A stretch of 63,707 nucleotides of DNA, counting the filler, from Hyphochytrium catenoides (Eukaryota; Protista; Hyphochytriomycota), in the NCBI GenBank assembly GCA_900088475.1. It is 7 parts of 7 records of this genome, joined end to end, with 100 filler letters (N's around TTAATTAATTAA, not from the genome) between each part and the next. Parts side by side here need not be neighbours in the genome. Positions count along the whole stretch, not along the records: positions 52,699 to 61,092 come from FLMG01002496.1; positions 61,193 to 62,566 come from FLMG01000477.1; positions 62,667 to 63,707 come from FLMG01000544.1; 4 more parts are not named here. The stretch is one strand, 5' to 3'. Below are positions 58,861-63,707 of this stretch, in pieces (position 1 is the first letter of the stretch; every line of letters begins with the position of its first letter). The position numbers and the translations under genes were made by a program. A model generated the notes under the pieces. That model saw only the letters and a program-made list of their open reading frames with translations. It did not search any database and was not told the DNA's origin.

Positions 58861-61092
58861 AAGGGTTGGCACAGGAGGTCCTAGTTGTCTGTTGGGGAAG
58901 TCAAGGTTATCGGCATTCCACAGTGTGAAGGGACGAACCGCAGCGGTCTTGTGGGCAGTGTTCCTCCTCTGTTAGGGCTCGCACTCGATGTGACACAGAA
59001 ACGAGATAACATTCTTGTTGAGGGGCAAGAAGGAAGACCTGATCGACAGGTGGATTGCCTTGCAAGATAATGACGGCTTGCCCTCTCAGCAAGCCCCAGC
59101 AGCAGGAAAGTACATATTGATAATAATAATAATAGAGCAGAAGCAAAAGAAGAAGAGAATGACTAACATCGGTCTTCTGTCCCTTCTTGTCCACAGCCTT
59201 CTTTACTTTGGAGTTCAATGAGGATGAGATGAGACTCATAGTTCTTCAAGCTTCTTGACCATGATGTACCCTCGCTGCACAGTCAATCGAGCCCTTGACC
59301 TTCTGTGCCTGTTTCTTAGTTGCCTCCTCATGATGTGTCAGTCATGGAAGGAGGAGGATCCAATGTGTTCAATAAGGGCAATAGATGGTTGGGAAAGAAG
59401 CTGGCTTTCCCCTGCCTTCGATAGGCCGCGTACCCTCCGCCACCAGTGAGGAAAGAGGAGAGGTGAAGCTTGACGGTGATAGAGTTATAACCGAGGCAAG
59501 CAGAAGCACGCCCACCAAGAGTTTCTGGGCAGCAACAACGAAAGCACTGGCAAGATAACGCGTTCAATTCTTCCTTATTTTTGCTGCTGCCGAACGCTAA
59601 TGAATGCGGTTTTTCTCGGTCAACGGTCGCTCTTGCTCTGCTCATTTTTCTCAGCTAATTATAAGAGACGAGGTAAGGGAGTCTGAGGAGAAAAAGACGA
59701 GGAGGCGAAAGCGAGCCACCATCATCATGCAGATACCGTTCCCGAGGAAAACGATGTACGTGATGGAGCCGCAAGCAAGAAGGATAAGTGGCTGTGCTTC
59801 TTTAAAGCTGGACATGGGGCCAAGAAGGGCCCCAAAGCACTTGTCCCCTTCAAGTTTTTACCTAGTCATCATGGGAAGAGTTGACTGAGTTTGAGGGGCT
59901 TCGAGTCCATTACTGCCCCGCACTGCTAAACGAAGAGCAGCTTGCTGCCGTGTGCAGTTGCGGGCCAGGACTTCCGTTCGTGATGATGAGGGCACCCACC
60001 GGTAGGAACAAGGTGTTGTGAGAGGAAAGGCCAAGGATAACTTTTCTTTTGCTTTTCTCCTTCATTCTTAGGCTGGTTGGTCACAAAGATGGTGCTACTA
60101 TCATGGGCAAGTGCTATGGCAAGCTCTGACGAACGAGAGTAGCAGCAGAAAAGAACAAAAGCAGCGAGGACCATGGAACGTCGTTCTTGAGACGGTTAAC
60201 GATTGGAAAGTTGTCCTTTCTTATGCCACAGCAGGCCGGGTTGGATCGACCCTGGGTCCTGAGAGAAGGAAATGTGACAACGACAGTTTCTTCTTCTGGC
60301 TCTACCGTCCTGTCGCCCCTCACACCACCGGATCTTACTGCTAGTTTTGTCCTTCGGCGTCGTCCATTGTTCTTTTCCTCCCTGCCTCCATCTTCAGCCT
60401 CCTTCGCTCTTACTGTTCTTACATGTTCTCTCACGTCCTCAGCCTTCGTTGCCCCTCAAGGAGGCACTTGCAAAAAGAAACAAACGCGGCCTCCACCTTC
60501 TCCCGCCCTTTGCCTCGTCACTGAGCAAACTCATCAACAACAGATAGAGGAGACAAAACGAAGAGAGAGAAAGGGAACGCTTCTTGCCTTTGTTATCTCT
60601 AGGAAGGCTCCAGCATTACATTTGCTCCTCCTCTGTCCCTTGCTTTGTCTTCTTGTCACGCAGCCGCAGGGATCGATGCAAGACAGCAGGAAATCTAAGG
60701 ACCTACTGCTAAGGGCCTTCCCCAGCTGCGCCACAGACCCAGAGAAGAGACCAAGATGTCCATCATAAAGTTCTGGGCTAAGGCGGCCCTGTCCCGGCCC
60801 TTCTTCCCACTAAATAAGACTAGGATACAGAAGTGGAGTTAATTTCGTGAGGATGACATAACTTCTGGTAAGAGTGTGGAAGGGGCAAGGGGGTGAGTGA
60901 AACCGTGAAGTCATGAAAGTTGAGTTACCGGTTATCTTCGGCACTGTGAAGGAGACAGTGTTTTATTCTCCAGGACATTGGCCTCTCTCGCTGTCCCTTC
61001 CGTCCAATTTCCTGACAGTGCTGTGGGAACATGAGGGGCCAGTGCTGGGCTGGATCAGGGCCCGAGAGAAAGAGAGAGAGAGAGAGAGAGAG

Positions 61093-61192
61093 NNNNNNNN
61101 NNNNNNNNNNNNNNNNNNNNNNNNNNNNNNNNNNNNTTAATTAATTAANNNNNNNNNNNNNNNNNNNNNNNNNNNNNNNNNNNNNNNNNNNN
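61093..61192. other. Assembly linker gap
   Basis: N44-TTAATTAATTAA-N44, preceded by (GA)n. Confidence 0.97.
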
Positions 61193-62566
61193 GAGCAGGG
61201 AAAGTACAATCTTCAAGATAATGGTGTCCGCCTTTCACGACTCCACGTATGCTGTGCGATTAACAGTGACAACAACAGTTCCACTATTACGGCCGGAGAA
61301 CCCTTCTGGTAGCCAAAGTGGTAAGAGGCAGCCTGCTTCCAAAGATAGGAGTCTACCTTAGAGAAGAACAGCTTTCGCTAGTGAGACAGAGTGGGATAAC
61401 GTCACCTGATATGTCGGGGAAGTTTTTTAAGCAGTCAACAACTATCTCTTCTTTCATCTTGATGAAAAGCACTTTTCCACGACCTGTGGTGCCTGACGGT
61501 GGTGGGGCTTATGCTCAACCTCACAGTCGATTTAACGTGGACTTGAGGCTTAATATGATGGACTTCTTAGCCATGAGGCAAAGTTAGCCGACGTTTCCTG
61601 GCCCATCTCCATGAATATAGAGCGAGGGAAGCAGACAACGTAGTCCTCCTCATCATGGAGCATCAACATCGCCTTTCTGGACAAGGAACGACCTGCCGGT
61701 CAATCAACCTGCCGAGGATCTACTTCTTCTGTGTGAGAGGTGCAGACACCATGAAGTCTGGGTCCTCATTATTGCGTCTCTTCAAAGTGATAATGCCGCT
61801 ATACCATCTTTGCCTAACCAACACTGCGCCGCCCGGCCGATCTCTGGCGTATAATGTTAGGTGTCTGTGGAGAGCCTTTGCGCCTACAGTCATCATGAGC
61901 TAACAATGACGAATCAATGGCGTAGAAAGCCAAGATCTTCGCGTAAGGTGATTTGATAGAAGTGCTTTGGCTCACAAAGTACCCAGCCGCTGAGTGAGAG
62001 AAAAGAAAGGTAGCCTCTTAAGACTCGTGGTCCTCGACCGGCTACAAGGGTATTAACCCGACACAGAGCTATAGAGACACTAACACTACTTCCAACCCAA
62101 AGCAGTGAAGTGGATCATCAAGATCCTCTTCCTGCCAGAAGACAAGGAACTTCCCCTCTCTAGCTCCATGAGCCTGTCTTTGCGGGTTATATCGCGGACG
62201 TTAGGGATAGATATTCCCATTAGTGCACCGAAAGGCCGTGACCTTTTTTAGTCTTTGGAATGTAACGTAGATGCGACGTCCAAGGTAGTCTTCGCCTAGA
62301 GAGGTCTCCAGGTAACCCTGCTATCCTGGTCATTGGGCTGGCAAAGGATGTGACACCATTTTGTTGGGCCAATGCGTGCTCCTTCTGGTCGGAAGATTTA
62401 ACCCACACTAACAATGCATAGCCTCATTCTTACTCTACTCGACTTCAATCACTCCGACGATGTCCTTTTGACGCTTACTAATAAAGAAAGGGATGGAAAC
62501 AAATGATGAGAAGATTCTTGCTGTTTATGCGCTCCCGATGAGGAAGATAATAACTCCCTAGTTGGA

Positions 62567-62666
62567 NNNNNNNNNNNNNNNNNNNNNNNNNNNNNNNNNN
62601 NNNNNNNNNNTTAATTAATTAANNNNNNNNNNNNNNNNNNNNNNNNNNNNNNNNNNNNNNNNNNNN
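62567..62666. other. Assembly linker gap
   Basis: N44-TTAATTAATTAA-N44. Confidence 0.97.
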
Positions 62667-63557
62667 CCGCCCTTGATCCTCTGTTTCTGGTCCACTCTGT
62701 CACTCTTGTCCGTCCTTTCTCTCGCTTCTCTCACTCTCTCTTTCTCCCCTCATCTCGCCCTTACAAACACACGTTCTCACTCACACTCTGTCTCACCAAC
62801 TAGAGCTCTTTCATCTGCTTATCTCAGTAGAGTCTAATGTACTTCTCTGTCTTCTGTCTTTTCTATTGGTGAAAAGTCCTTTGTGTTTATTGACCTGATT
62901 TCCTCTCTTTCCCTTCCTGTGTCCTCCTAATAATTTATGAAGAAGTCCATCGACCTTAGTCCGACCACAGACATTGGACATCCTGGTGTCTCGTAACCCC
63001 ATACAAAAATCTCTGCCTCTCTGACCGTCCCTCTGTCTCACGCTTTGTACTCCCGATCTCTAATACCACTATCTATCTCCCACTATATCTCTCTTCTTTC
63101 TCACCCTCGTACGCTCTGTCTCGCATAATCAAGACACAAACGATGCCCCTCCCTTGCCGGCCCCATCTCTCTCCTCCTCCTTCTTCATCACTCATCACTA
63201 ACAAGAGAGCCTGCCTGCACCGCAAGGCGGATTTATTATTCATCACTCGCTCCATCCACAGCTCTGCCTCAAGCTATCATGGGTTTGAGAGCTCATCGTG
63301 TGTCTGCTTTATCTCACAAACACGCACCCATAGCTATCATATCTTTTGTAGGGGAATAGGCCTCGTTAACGTTTGGGTCTTATTAGTGACTTTAGAGTTG
63401 TGGGTTTGCACATTATTCTGAGCTTGGCCGAGTGTGTACGGACATAACCTTGTTTATAAGGGAATCTTAGGTGCAGGAGTTGAGGTGAGGAGGGAAGAAA
63501 GAAGAGGATGTGGTTCTGCCTTGACAGCGGACATTCTCTTGCTCTCTTCAACCTCAG

Positions 63558-63656
63558 CAGTAGTGTCGCAGTAGTGTCGCACTCGTGTCTCAGTGGTGTC
63601 TCAAACAAACAGTAGTGTCTCATCCGTAATGTCTCAGTGGTGTCTCAGTAGTGCAG
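63558..63656 (+). repeat. 11-bp minisatellite CAGT(A/G)GTGTC(T/G), about 7 degenerate units
   Basis: cagtagtgtcg cagtagtgtcg cactcgtgtct cagtggtgtct ... cagtagtgtct ... cagtggtgtct cagtagtg. Confidence 0.85.
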
Positions 63657-63707
63657 TACAGGGAGCAATTCTCTAGAGTAAAACCTTTTTACCAAATCCT
63701 CTCTAAA

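Overview
Eukaryotic draft-genome window with GT-AG spliceosomal introns and the standard genetic code. The organism is probably a flagellated protist or alga; two of the proteins recall stramenopile homologues. Six 100-bp N44-TTAATTAATTAA-N44 linker gaps join the contigs, so gene adjacency across them is unverified. Conserved genes: a tandem pair of 7TM-RGS genes (the second frameshifted), a plant-type NUDT3/DPP III (M49) fusion with a degenerate Nudix box, an FYV7/CCDC59-like rRNA-processing gene, a CFAP92-like ciliary gene, a very large receiver-domain + pseudo-alpha/beta-hydrolase + multi-IQ + coiled-coil gene cut off by a gap, and an OSCA/TMEM63 channel. There are also two intronless glycosyltransferase-like genes, one broken by two -1 frameshifts. 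The most unusual part is the gene-poor stretch at about 11-21 kb. It holds two intronless prokaryote/virus-type genes on the same contig as the NUDT3 5' exon: a bacterial-type GFA/CENP-V gene hidden from the ORF track by compensating frameshifts, and an intact 121-aa ORF resembling a family of phage hypothetical proteins. All family calls come from motif recognition by eye; no database search was run.
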